Assembly: GCA_963760615.1 (NCBI GenBank) | Contig: CAVXDX010000007.1 | Coordinates: forward strand, 40,982-104,981 | Length of the DNA stretch: 64,000 nucleotides | Direction of reading: 5' to 3' | Source of the DNA: an uncultured Candidatus Micrarchaeota archaeon | GTDB taxonomy: Archaea > Micrarchaeota > Micrarchaeia > Burarchaeales > Fermentimicrarchaeaceae | Shown: one piece after another, positions 16,717 to 26,669 of the stretch | Layout: each line of letters starts with the position of its first letter | Position numbering within the stretch: position 1 is the stretch's first letter | The notes under the pieces: generated by a model | What the model was told of the DNA's origin: nothing | What the model saw: the letters and a program-made list of their open reading frames with translations, nothing else | Databases searched by the model: none | Made by a program: the position numbers and the translations under genes

Positions 16717-18148
16717 ATGAATAAGAATACAGCTTTGGTATTACTTCTTTTTATTGTTCTGAACATCCTATCTGCCTTTTACCAACCGTTCTCAAAAAGT
16801 TTTTCTGTTGATGAGGGTCAGTACATACTCATAGCAAAAAAAATGCTGGATGGATGGGTTCCGTATAGGGATATAGTGGACAATAAACCGCTTGGCATGT
16901 ATCTTTCGCTAATACCCGCTGTGCTGCTAGGCGGAAAGGATATGGTTAAGCTGAGGCTGTATGGAGCATTGATTGCCAGCCTCACCTCATTTTTAATTTT
17001 TTTGATAGGCGAGAAAGTAAAAAACAAACTTGCCTGGCCTGATAGGCGCTTTAGCATATATCTACATGGTGGCATTTCCCGGGTTGGGCGGCTATTTCTT
17101 GATAACCGAGCCCATGGCAAACTTATTTGTAGTTGCGCTTTTCTACATTTTATTATCCAAGGAAAAAACCTATTCAGATTTTTTTCTGATAGGGGCTCTG
17201 GCGGCCATATCCTGCTCCATAAGGCAGAACTGCATTTTTGTTTTTGCCCCAATAATTTTTGACGTTTTATGTTGCAAGCAGAAAATGGATAAGAAAAAAA
17301 TCACTGCAGCCTTCTTGTGCGGCATAGTGGTGATAGCTGTGCCTATGCTGCTCTACCTAACCCTAAACTCGGCACTCTGGGATGCAGTCTACTGGTGCGG
17401 CTATGCGAACATTAGATTCATGCGTAACGGCGGGATTGAATGGAAAATAGAACAGCTCGGCAGTTTTTCAACTTTCTTCTATCCTCTCATACTATTTGCG
17501 GCAGCAACGCTGGTTGGTATGACGCGGGAGAAGAAGCTGATGTGGCTATGGCTGCTCAGCGCCCTAGTCATGGTGCAGGTAGGTTACTCAGTACTCCACA
17601 ACTATCTTCTTCTAGGCCCGCCCTTATCAATTCTTGCAGCTACGGGGGCTATGGAGCTTTATAAATGGAGCTCTGGCAAAGGCTGGTTTGCCAATGCCTG
17701 CAGAGGAGTATTTATATTCTTAGCCGCCAGCGCATTTTTGTTGGTTGTTTTTGAGCTTTGGACAATAGCCAAAATGGGAAGAGATGAGGAGAATTATGAC
17801 AGGCAGTGGGCGGTAAGCGAGTATATCGCATCACATACTAACAAGGATGATGGGATTTTTGTGTTTATGGCAGACCCCTATATATACTACATAACGGATA
17901 GAAAGCCGGTTACTAGGGTGACATTCTTCTGGATTGAACTGCTGCAGTTTACTAATGATAGCGAGAAGAATGAGTACATATTCGGACCGCTTGAGAAAAG
18001 CAAACCGAAATATTTTGTGATGAACCCTTTGTATTATGAAAACGACAGCAGTGTTATACCCATAAGAAATTATTTGAATGAGAGGTATACGCCTGTAGGG
18101 GATTGGGGGATGTATCATCTTTATGAGAGAAAACCGGGAAGTTCATGA
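16717..18148 (+). pseudogene. ArnT/PMT-like (GT39/GT83, GT-C fold) membrane glycosyltransferase with a +1 frameshift near 17019-17035
   Basis: ORF 16717 (DEGQY, PYRDIVDNKPLG) joins ORF 17030 (GLIGALAY...EP...KQ-like RQN) if one base is removed from GTAAAAAACAAACTTGCCTGGC. Could be a true lesion or a sequencing error. Confidence 0.75.
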
Positions 18149-18174
18149 TGCTTGCACTCTTCGTTCTCCCAATC

Positions 18175-19326
18175 TCATAGCAGTTTGTTGGATACAATGC
18201 TGCCGAATGCTTTGAGTAGAAAGCCTTTGAGCGGTGATGCGGCGGATGCAGAATTCAGCATGACCGTGGGGCTGTCCATATCGCCATGCTCAGCAAGAAA
18301 CTTCTCGGCGCCAGTCCTCTTCGCAAGCTTGAAGTAGCCTTCTATCTGCCTGTCGCTCATGGAGTTGTAGATGCTCCTCATTCTTTCATGCAGTATAAGG
18401 TCCTTCCCGAATTTCCTCCTCCAGCTTATTTCATACTGGCTCGAATCCGCTCCCTTTAGTATGCTGGGCGCCATCCCCCCCGCTATCTTTGCGCAGTTCC
18501 CCCCGAAGATGATACCTCCACCAGTAGTGGCTTTAACCTGCCCCGCTGCATCCCCAACAAGCAGAACTCCACTTGCGTATGTCTGCTCTCTGGGAGAGAG
18601 GGGTATGACGGCACTGAGTTCGTTTCTCTTCTTCGATTTTTTAAGAATCTTTGAAACAACTGGATGCCTCTTCACAAAATTATTGAAGTAATGCCTCGCC
18701 GGGAGGCTGTAGCTTCTCCGTATATCTCTGAAGACTCCAAGCCCAACCCGCGCTTCGGACTCATTCAATGGAATGCACCAGCCGAAAAAGCCTGGAAAGA
18801 GAGTATTTGATAGGAACATTTCAACCACTCCCGCATCGGGTATGGGAACATTGATGAAGTCTGCTTGGCAGCAGAATGCGAAGTAGTTTATTTTAGGAAG
18901 TCGGTACCAGGCAGCAACCTGCGAGAGCGCCCCATCTGCGCCTATGATGAGTTTTGATTTCAGGTCTTTTCTCACAGCTCTCCTTCCAAGCAGAAGCTTT
19001 GCACCGCAACGCTCAGCCTCATCTGCGCATGTGGTGTCAAACTCCTTTCTGTCTATGACAAACGCCTTAATGTCTCTGCAGATTATGCTCATTCTATCCA
19101 GAGCAGGGGAGTATATTCTGGCTCCATATATACTGTTAAGAATTGCCTTTTTGTAGTCCACCCCAAGGCTGTCCAAGCCCGTCCTTGAGAGCAGGCCCGA
19201 GCATTTCAAGCGCGCTCCAACCTCCTCATGCTCCTCAAGAATAGCAACATTGAGGTTTCTTTCTGCAGCCTCTCGCGCTGCTATGCAGCCTGCCGGGCCA
19301 GCACCTATAACCTGCATGTCATACAT
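18175..19326 (-). CDS. Geranylgeranyl reductase family FAD oxidoreductase (DGGGPL reductase-like)
   Basis: IGAGPAG, CSGLLS, PGFFGWCIP and LVGDAAGQVK.TTGGGI motifs. Confidence 0.88.
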   Translation of the reverse strand: MYDMQVIGAGPAGCIAAREAAERNLNVAILEEHEEVGARLKCSGLLSRTGLDSLGVDYKKAILNSIYGARIYSPALDRMSIICRDIKAFVIDRKEFDTTCADEAERCGAKLLLGRRAVRKDLKSKLIIGADGALSQVAAWYRLPKINYFAFCCQADFINVPIPDAGVVEMFLSNTLFPGFFGWCIPLNESEARVGLGVFRDIRRSYSLPARHYFNNFVKRHPVVSKILKKSKKRNELSAVIPLSPREQTYASGVLLVGDAAGQVKATTGGGIIFGGNCAKIAGGMAPSILKGADSSQYEISWRRKFGKDLILHERMRSIYNSMSDRQIEGYFKLAKRTGAEKFLAEHGDMDSPTVMLNSASAASPLKGFLLKAFGSIVSNKLL

Positions 19327-19394
19327 AAAAACACCACATATTTCACGTATTTAAATGTTTATGTTTATATTACTAAAAATTATAAAGTGATTAT

Positions 19395-22037
19395 TTGAGC
19401 GGAGAATTTGAGTTCCTAACTAGTGCAATTCCAATCTTCCTCTCTATTTTCATACCAGGGTTTCTGGTAGCATTGGCTTTGCTTAGAAAAACCAAGCTGC
19501 CGCTTCCAGCCATAGCCGCATTCGGCTTCATACTTGGCTTGGTATTCCCACCCTTGCTGCTGTTCATATATTCGTTATTTGGTGTGCTCTACACGCCTCA
19601 GCTTGTCGTAATAAACCTCTTCATTGTAACAGCTGCGGGGTTGCTGCTGTGCATAAGGGAGGGCACCCTGAATTTTGGGCTGTCCTTCGAGTACAAGAGG
19701 GATGGAGCCTGGGTGTTGCTGCTCCTGATAATGCTGTTTGCATTCTGGGTCAGGATACAGAGCCTCAGCCCGATATTCTACGAGTTCGACCCCTATTACT
19801 ATGACCAGATGACGCAGTTCATCCTGACAAAAGGTGCGGTCCCTCTAACGGATAGCCTAGCCTGGTATCCCTACCCCGACTCGCACAGAAACCAGCCGCT
19901 GGTGCAATACCTCGAAGCTCAGTGGTATTCAATCCACGGCTACCTCGCAAACAGCCAGCAGTTCGACAATTATCTGCTCGCCACAATTGCAGGGGTATAC
20001 CCTCCGGTTGTTGCTGCATTGCTATGTTTCCTAATTTTCATACTGATTTCGGAGGCGTATGGCAAGAAATACGGGCTCATCAGCGCAGCTTTGATTGCCG
20101 TAATGCCAATGATAATAGAGAAGTTCGCCGCAGGTGAGAGCGAACAGCAGCCGTGGGGCGTTTTCGCTGCCTTTTTCTTCTATGCGGCATTCGCGCTGGC
20201 AATTTCAAGGAAGGATAAACGATTCGCAATTCTTGCCGGAATAGCCACTTTGACCGCCACGCTGGGGTCAAAGCAGGATGTGCTGGTATACCTGGTTGCG
20301 GCTGGTTATATTGGACTGCAATCGCTGGTGAACTATCTGCAGAAAAAATCAAATCTGGAGTTGATTAAAACAAGCGCCATAGTGCTGGCATTTACGCTTT
20401 TCGCTTATGTGCTGTACTCGTTGTACCTTGGATGGGAGGTACCAAGCGATATACTGAGTTTCAGCTCTGCTCTCATTTTTGCTGGTGGACTGTATTTTAT
20501 TGACCAGAGAGCTAAGAACCAGGATGAGAGGATAAACTACCTTGCGGGATATCTGCTTCTGGGTGCAGCTGCTTTTTTCATAACGTTTATTCCATCCTTC
20601 CCAGTCCCTATGGGACCGAGAATTTGGGGGTACATTACAAATACCGCAGCTGTGGCGCGTCCCAGCAGCGCGCTCATGATGACAGTTGCTGAGGAAAACC
20701 CTACAGCGCAGCAGTTTGCAAGCGCAATCGGGTTCCTGGGCAACAGCTCCGAAGCACTTTATGCAATACTTTTATTATCATTTCTGGCAATCGCGTATTC
20801 AGCATACCGCAAGTCTGAGCTGGGCATTTTGTTTGGCATAATGATATTCCCGATATGCTATGTGGGGCTGAGCAAGAGCAAGTATATGCTTCACGTCTCA
20901 TTCATGATTGCCATTGCAGCCACGGTATTTTTCGGTGAGCTGGATAGAGTTCTGAGAGGCCCGCTTAAGAAGGAGTTCGGGGATTCGGCAGCATGGAGCG
21001 TTTTTGCAATTGCGCTAATTGTGCTGGTTTCTGAGTGCTTCGTAACTCCGGGCAACCCGATAAGCTTCGGCGGACCAGTTATGGATGTTGTCGGCGGGAC
21101 GCTGGACCCCAAGTATCAGCTCAATGATGTGAATGCTTCTATAGAACTGGGGAGGGATTGCAACCTCCTTGGGCAGGATGGCAAGTTTTTAGCAGGTTAC
21201 CTGTTCTGTTCTCGCATACCGGAGTACTGGAGAACTCCAATGGACTGGATAAAGGATAATGTGGGTGAGGATGAGAGGGTTATTTCGTGGTGGGATTACG
21301 GGCACTGGATAAACTACTGGGGGCAGAAGGAGTGCATTACCAGGAATGATCACCTACACCCAGATATGGACTTGGAGGTCGCGGACAAATTCGTGTCAAA
21401 CACCCCAGAAGCACTGAAGAATTACATGATAGCGCATCATGCGAAATATGTGCTGTTCGACCAGGATTTGATTGGCAAATGGGGCGCTTTGGACTTCCTC
21501 TCCTGTGTTTATAACAATGGGACAAACATGGATTTTGCATTCAAGGAGGGCAAGAGGCTAGGTGGCATGTACCAACTGGGCACATCGACATGCGAGAGGG
21601 AGCATGAGTTTGAGAGGATTTACATTCCAGAAGATATATCAGTAAATGACATATGCCAGCCGTCAGACCCGTCAAACCCATATGTGAGAGCGTATACCCT
21701 CTCGAATTACTCCTACTGCGTGCTGTTCAATACGCAGGGTGGAACCAGGAGGATAGCTAACATCGTCTACGAGGATAATATGAGCAGAGTTAACAGAGGT
21801 TTTCCATCCTTCAGCGGAGTTCAGTCGTCTGGTGGCAAGCTTTATGATGTTTACACAATGCTGTACACGCATGATATATGGCCTGATGGAAAGAGCGGAT
21901 GGGATGACAGAAAGGGCAAGATGTATGACTCAACCTTCTATCAGGGCTTCTTCCTTGGGAATCTGCCAGGGTTTGAGCAGGTCTACCCCGCAAATAATAC
22001 GGGCGGCTTGGTCAGGATATTCAAGATTATTGGGTAG
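19395..22037 (+). CDS. aglB: Oligosaccharyltransferase AglB (STT3)
   Basis: EFDPYY, multi-TM N-terminus, TVAEE, WWDYGHW, and a DxxK-type motif (DQDLIGK); TTG start. Confidence 0.95.
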   Translation: MSGEFEFLTSAIPIFLSIFIPGFLVALALLRKTKLPLPAIAAFGFILGLVFPPLLLFIYSLFGVLYTPQLVVINLFIVTAAGLLLCIREGTLNFGLSFEYKRDGAWVLLLLIMLFAFWVRIQSLSPIFYEFDPYYYDQMTQFILTKGAVPLTDSLAWYPYPDSHRNQPLVQYLEAQWYSIHGYLANSQQFDNYLLATIAGVYPPVVAALLCFLIFILISEAYGKKYGLISAALIAVMPMIIEKFAAGESEQQPWGVFAAFFFYAAFALAISRKDKRFAILAGIATLTATLGSKQDVLVYLVAAGYIGLQSLVNYLQKKSNLELIKTSAIVLAFTLFAYVLYSLYLGWEVPSDILSFSSALIFAGGLYFIDQRAKNQDERINYLAGYLLLGAAAFFITFIPSFPVPMGPRIWGYITNTAAVARPSSALMMTVAEENPTAQQFASAIGFLGNSSEALYAILLLSFLAIAYSAYRKSELGILFGIMIFPICYVGLSKSKYMLHVSFMIAIAATVFFGELDRVLRGPLKKEFGDSAAWSVFAIALIVLVSECFVTPGNPISFGGPVMDVVGGTLDPKYQLNDVNASIELGRDCNLLGQDGKFLAGYLFCSRIPEYWRTPMDWIKDNVGEDERVISWWDYGHWINYWGQKECITRNDHLHPDMDLEVADKFVSNTPEALKNYMIAHHAKYVLFDQDLIGKWGALDFLSCVYNNGTNMDFAFKEGKRLGGMYQLGTSTCEREHEFERIYIPEDISVNDICQPSDPSNPYVRAYTLSNYSYCVLFNTQGGTRRIANIVYEDNMSRVNRGFPSFSGVQSSGGKLYDVYTMLYTHDIWPDGKSGWDDRKGKMYDSTFYQGFFLGNLPGFEQVYPANNTGGLVRIFKIIG

Positions 22038-22091
22038 AATTTACTACTTAACTCCTCCCTTGCAAGCGGCAATACGGACATGAAATAAAAT

Positions 22092-22790
22092 TCAGGTTTC
22101 ATACCTTTCCGCAATTTTTCCATAAGTTATATTTGATTGTCCCGTAACCATATCAGTATAGTTTATATAAACATCTAAGCAAGCCAGAGTACCGATATGG
22201 GCATCGGATGGTATTGAACCATCCTTGTTTGTACAGTAGACTCTATTATTGGTTCCTTCACCAGAAATCTGAGCGGATTTACCAGTTGGTATTTGTATAG
22301 ACTCATTTAGAGGTTCTATATAGGTGGGGGCGGATAGGTTAAAAGTTCTTACATTGATGCATTTCATACCAGTTACTCTTATTGCGTTCTTAAGACCACT
22401 TCCCAAAGTTAAACGAAATTCAGAAGTTTCTGCATGTAGCATAGAACTCACGCAGCTAAGTCCTGGACTAAAATAACAGATACGGGGTGGTGAACAACCT
22501 AAATACCCAATAGAAAAGAAACAGATTAAAAATAGAATCAGTAACGTCGCTAAGAAAACTTCATGAGTATAGAATTTAAATGCCAGTGAGATGGCAATCA
22601 TAACAACTGAAAAAACTATGATTATCCCCACATACTGGTTGAGCTTTTGGGCGGTGGATGGTACTCCACAAGTTCCACATTCTGGACCTGAAAACGCATC
22701 ATAAAATAGGATTATGGTAAGAACTATGATGGCTGCAATTGGAAGATATTTCAGAGCCCAGTGTGGATTCGGTTTATTTTCCTTCTTTAT
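22092..22790 (-). CDS. 3-TM membrane protein with pilin-like C-terminal domain; paralog of 5093..5809; probable ATA start
   Basis: The frame is open upstream of the ORF-track GTG (22631) to ATA 22790, adding IKKENKPNPHWALKYLPIAAIIVLTIILFYDAFSGPECGTCGVP... An AGGTG SD lies 5 nt upstream. C-terminal domain CYFSPGLSC...YINYTD...GKIAERYE. Confidence 0.7.
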   Translation of the reverse strand: MKKENKPNPHWALKYLPIAAIIVLTIILFYDAFSGPECGTCGVPSTAQKLNQYVGIIIVFSVVMIAISLAFKFYTHEVFLATLLILFLICFFSIGYLGCSPPRICYFSPGLSCVSSMLHAETSEFRLTLGSGLKNAIRVTGMKCINVRTFNLSAPTYIEPLNESIQIPTGKSAQISGEGTNNRVYCTNKDGSIPSDAHIGTLACLDVYINYTDMVTGQSNITYGKIAERYET

Positions 22791-22917
22791 TCAACCACCT
22801 AATAATAGTTTCCGAGAAGGAGTATATTAAGCTTGCTTTGGCTTCAGAAGCAGTTCTGAGTTAAGTAGTAAAAATGACTATACCGTTCAAGATAAAGGAT
22901 TGAGTTTTTAGAAAATT

Positions 22918-23847
22918 CTATTCTGCGGTTTTAAGCCATTCAATGTAACGCTTTACCCCTTCCTTCAGGCTGACTTTTTTCTTCCAGCCCATCTTCTCAA
23001 TCTTCTTTGTGCTGAGCAGGAATTTCACTACATCGCCTGTCCAGCCCCTCTTCCCACCAGTATATTTGAATTTAGGTTGTACGCCGAGCACGGAGCACAT
23101 GCTCTTTGCCACTTCATTCACAGTGGTCATCTCGGCGCTCCCAACATTGAAGTAGTCATAAACCTTCTTCTGCCTCTTTGAAGCCAGCACCAGCGCATCT
23201 ATGCAGTCGGAGATGTAGAGGTAGGATTTGCTCTGTCTGCCGTTTCCAAGAATCTCAAGCTCTTGGGGATCTGCTTGTAGCTTCTTGAAGAAGTCATACA
23301 TCACTCCATGGTTCGAGGGAGGCCCGAAAATGTTTGCAAGCCTCAGCACCACTCCTTTAATTCCATAGGTGAAAGCATAGGAGGATATGTAAACCTCGTC
23401 TGCAACTTTTGATGCAGCATAGTTGCTTATAGGAATTTCCGGGTGGTCCTCCGGAGTGGGCAGCACCTTTGTCTCGCCATAGACTGTGGAGCTGGAGGTG
23501 AAGACAATCTTCTTGACGTCATTCTTCCTGGCTGCCTCAAGGACATTGAATGTCCCATCCACGTTTATTTTGAAGCTGCCCTCTGGGTTTGTTGCGCTGT
23601 CCTTGACGCTGGGGTCGGCCGCCAAGTGGTACACCTCCTCAACGCCTTTCATGGAGGAGCTGATGAACTCCTTGTCACGAACATCCCCTCTTATTAGATT
23701 AAAATTCCTTCGGTTGAGATTTGAGGTTAGATTCTCGACTTTTCCGGATGAGAGGTTGTCAAAAACAGTCACATCGTAGCCTTTGGAAACGAAATAGTTT
23801 GCCAAGTTGCTTCCTATGAACCCAGAACCGCCTGTTATGAGAATCAT
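22918..23847 (-). CDS. NAD-dependent epimerase/dehydratase (UDP-glucose 4-epimerase-like)
   Basis: MILITGGSGFIGS, TSSSTVYG and YAASK motifs; real start ATG 23847. Confidence 0.9.
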   Translation of the reverse strand: MILITGGSGFIGSNLANYFVSKGYDVTVFDNLSSGKVENLTSNLNRRNFNLIRGDVRDKEFISSSMKGVEEVYHLAADPSVKDSATNPEGSFKINVDGTFNVLEAARKNDVKKIVFTSSSTVYGETKVLPTPEDHPEIPISNYAASKVADEVYISSYAFTYGIKGVVLRLANIFGPPSNHGVMYDFFKKLQADPQELEILGNGRQSKSYLYISDCIDALVLASKRQKKVYDYFNVGSAEMTTVNEVAKSMCSVLGVQPKFKYTGGKRGWTGDVVKFLLSTKKIEKMGWKKKVSLKEGVKRYIEWLKTAE

Positions 23848-23930
23848 AAGTCTATTTGGGCAGGTAGTATTTAATTTATTTTCCCTCAATAATAGATTCG
23901 ATGAGAATCTCGATAATAGGGGCAGGATAC
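23847..23930. repeat. Direct repeat copy 1 (84 bp): bidirectional promoter plus the first 10 codons of ugd
   Basis: Identical to 24527..24610 except one mismatch (G23921 vs A24601). Here MRISIIGAGY continues as SRR then stop. Confidence 0.95.
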
Positions 23931-23960
23931 AGTCGTAGATAAGTGTGGTAAGGCGTTCCC

Positions 23961-24485
23961 ATGAAAATTCTTGACTTGGGATGTGGAAGAGACAAATACA
24001 GGGGCGGGAAAGGCGATATGGTTATAGGAGTTGATGTGGACAAGCAGTCGGGTGCTGATGTAATCCACGACCTGAACAAATTCCCCTATCCATTCAAAAA
24101 AAATGAGTTTGACTTGGTAAGACTCAAGCACTCAATAGAACATCTTCAGGACGTGTATAAAGTGCTGGACGAGGTATGCAAAATCACAAGGAATGGCGGA
24201 ACTGTCAGAATCTTATACCCACACTTCTCATGTGCGAGCGCCTACAACACATACACCCACATCCACTTTTTCGGGATCAATGCGCTTATCGGCATCCACC
24301 CGAATCTAAAACTGGTAAGCAAAGAACTCCACTGGTATCCGAACAGCTCCAATTTTATAATTAATACATCCGATAGGGTGCTCTCCTACCTTGCAAACCT
24401 CAATCCAACATTCTGCGAGAGGCTCTGGTGCCATTGGGTGGGAGGCTTCTTCGAAGTCGAATTAAACCTGCGTGTTGAGAAGTGA
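23961..24485 (+). CDS. Class I SAM-dependent methyltransferase (type 11-like)
   Basis: ILDLGCG, GVDVD, HDLNKFPYPF and HSIEHL motifs. Confidence 0.85.
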   Translation: MKILDLGCGRDKYRGGKGDMVIGVDVDKQSGADVIHDLNKFPYPFKKNEFDLVRLKHSIEHLQDVYKVLDEVCKITRNGGTVRILYPHFSCASAYNTYTHIHFFGINALIGIHPNLKLVSKELHWYPNSSNFIINTSDRVLSYLANLNPTFCERLWCHWVGGFFEVELNLRVEK

Positions 24486-24488
24486 TCA

Positions 24489-24527
24489 ATCCCATCTTAT
24501 TAGATTAAATTCCTTCGGTTGAGATTT
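24489..24527. repeat. Remnant copy of an internal fragment of the epimerase gene (23683..23722)
   Basis: ATCCCATCTTATTAGATTAAATTCCTTCGGTTGAGATTT vs ATCCCCTCTTATTAGATTAAAATTCCTTCGGTTGAGATTT: one substitution and one A deleted. Confidence 0.9.
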
Positions 24528-24610
24528 AAGTCTATTTGGGCAGGTAGTATTTAATTTATTTTCCCTCAATAATAGATTCGATGAGAATCTCGATAATAGG
24601 AGCAGGATAC
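24527..24610. repeat. Direct repeat copy 2 (84 bp): promoter and true start of ugd
   Basis: Matches 23847..23930; ATG 24581 continues into full-length ugd. Confidence 0.95.
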
Positions 24611-25915
24611 GTGGGGCTTGTTGCAGCAGTGTGTTTTGCCAAAGGCGGTTTCAAGGTGCAGTTATCCACAAACGACCCGAAAAAAATAAAGATGATAAAT
24701 GAGGGAAAAGCCCCTTTCTTTGAGCCGCAGCTGGATGGGTTGCTCAGAAAGGCGGTGGAGTCTGGCGCGCTGAGAGCCATAGGCACAAGGGCTGAAGCAA
24801 TCCTGAGTTCTGATGTGACGTTCATATGCGTCGGCACGCCCAGCGCTGCCGATGGGTCTATTGATTTGAGTTTTATCTATGCTGCTGCTGAGGAGATTGG
24901 GAGGAGCCTTAGGAAGAAGAAGGGTTACCACATAGTTGTTGTGAGGAGCACAGTCGTTCCAGGCACCAGCAACAGGGTAAAGGACATCATTGAAAAACTC
25001 TCCGGGAAAAAAGCTGGCAAGGGCTTTGGGATGTGCATGTGTCCTGAGTTCCTGAGGCAGGGGCAGGCAGTCTACGACACGTTCAACCCAGACAGGGTGG
25101 TGATTGGCGAGCATGACAAACGGGCAGGAAACATCTTGGAGAAGCTTTTCAAGAATTTTTACGGAGGTAAGAAGGTCCCAATTGTGAGGATGAATATGGT
25201 TTCTGCAGAAATGGTGAAGTACGTAAGCAACTCCATCCTCGCAACAAAAGTCTCATTCATAAACGAAATTGCCAATATATGCGAGAAGCTGAACGATATT
25301 GACGTCTATAAGGTCGCAAAGGGAGTTGGGTTGGACAGGAGGGTTGGACCGCTTTTCCTTGAGGCAGGGCCTGGCTTTGGGGGCAGCTGCTTTCCCAAAG
25401 ATGTCAATGCAATACTGAGCTTCTCAAGGGAGCTAGGGTATGAGCCGAGGATACTCGCCACTGTCATAGCAGTTAATGAGGAACAAGCTCTCCACGTTGT
25501 GGAGTTGGCAAGGAGGAGCCTTGGTGGGTTGAGGGGGAAGAGAATTGCGGTTCTGGGCCTCTCCTTCAAGCCGAATACAGATGATATGAGGGAGGCACCT
25601 TCTGTGAGAATCATAAGAAAATTGTTGGAGGAGGGAGCAACCGTAGCTGCCTACGACCCGGTTGCAGTTGAGAATGCAAGGAAGATACTTAAGGATAAGA
25701 TAGAGTACGCAAGCTCCAGTCTGGAGTGCCTGAAGGGGGCGGATTGCTGCATAGTTGTTACCGAGTGGGATGAGTTTAGGAGGATTAAACCTGAAATGCT
25801 GAAAAGGATGAAAGGCAGAAGCATTGTTGATGCTAGGAGAATCTTTGATGCTGAAAAGCTGAGTGATGCTGGGTTCAGCTACTACGGAATTGGGTTGGGG
25901 AGTGAACAGGGGTGA
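24581..25915 (+). CDS. ugd: UDP-glucose/GDP-mannose 6-dehydrogenase family protein
   Basis: IGAGYVGL, ICVGTP, CPEFLRQG, GFGGSCFPKD and GLSFKPNTDDMRE motifs. Confidence 0.93.
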   Translation: MRISIIGAGYVGLVAAVCFAKGGFKVQLSTNDPKKIKMINEGKAPFFEPQLDGLLRKAVESGALRAIGTRAEAILSSDVTFICVGTPSAADGSIDLSFIYAAAEEIGRSLRKKKGYHIVVVRSTVVPGTSNRVKDIIEKLSGKKAGKGFGMCMCPEFLRQGQAVYDTFNPDRVVIGEHDKRAGNILEKLFKNFYGGKKVPIVRMNMVSAEMVKYVSNSILATKVSFINEIANICEKLNDIDVYKVAKGVGLDRRVGPLFLEAGPGFGGSCFPKDVNAILSFSRELGYEPRILATVIAVNEEQALHVVELARRSLGGLRGKRIAVLGLSFKPNTDDMREAPSVRIIRKLLEEGATVAAYDPVAVENARKILKDKIEYASSSLECLKGADCCIVVTEWDEFRRIKPEMLKRMKGRSIVDARRIFDAEKLSDAGFSYYGIGLGSEQG

Positions 25916-25919
25916 TGAA

Positions 25920-26639
25920 TTGAAAGCTATGATACTTGCTGCTGGAAAGGGAATGCGGCTTAGACCTCTGACATATGGGATACCGAAACCGCTTCTCCCT
26001 GTTGGCGGAAAGCCTGTTATCGACTTCGTGATAGATAACCTGCTGACCTGCAAGGAGATTGACACGATATACGTTGGAGTTTCACACATGCAGAACATGA
26101 TAAGCAGCTACCTGGCTCATACTCCAAGAGATGATGTTGTGATGGAGACCGTCAGTACTCTCTGCTGGGAGACCGCAGGAGATATTAAAGTCATGGCTGT
26201 CGAGAAAGGTGTGAATGAGACGATTGTTGTTGCCTATGGAGACAATGTGACAAAAATGAGTGTGGATAAGCTTGTGAAATTCCACAGGAAAATGGGGAGG
26301 AGCGCCACTCTTGCACTTTTCAGAGTGCCGTGGAATGAGGTTTATAGGTTCGGAGTTGCAAAGGTTGAGAAAGGTTTGGTAACTAATTTTGTTGAGAAGC
26401 CTGAGAAGGGCAGGGCAATTTCAAATATAGCAAACGTTGGGTATTATGTCCTCGAACCAGAGGTGCTAGATCGCATTCCATACGGCAAGATTAAAATGGA
26501 GAGCATGCTGTTTCCAAAGCTGGCAGAAGAAGGGGAGTTGGCAGGACTTGTTTATAACCTTAGGTACTGGTTGGATATAGGAACAATTGAGGCGTACAGG
26601 AAGGCAAACAAAATGATGGAAGGGATACTGCCGCCGTGA
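25920..26639 (+). CDS. Sugar-1-phosphate nucleotidyltransferase
   Basis: TTG start after a GGTGA SD; MKAMILAAGKGMRLRPLT..IPKPL, FVEKP and WLDIG motifs. Confidence 0.9.
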   Translation: MKAMILAAGKGMRLRPLTYGIPKPLLPVGGKPVIDFVIDNLLTCKEIDTIYVGVSHMQNMISSYLAHTPRDDVVMETVSTLCWETAGDIKVMAVEKGVNETIVVAYGDNVTKMSVDKLVKFHRKMGRSATLALFRVPWNEVYRFGVAKVEKGLVTNFVEKPEKGRAISNIANVGYYVLEPEVLDRIPYGKIKMESMLFPKLAEEGELAGLVYNLRYWLDIGTIEAYRKANKMMEGILPP

Positions 26640-26669
26640 TTTTAATAGAATAGAAAAGGAGTTGATGAG

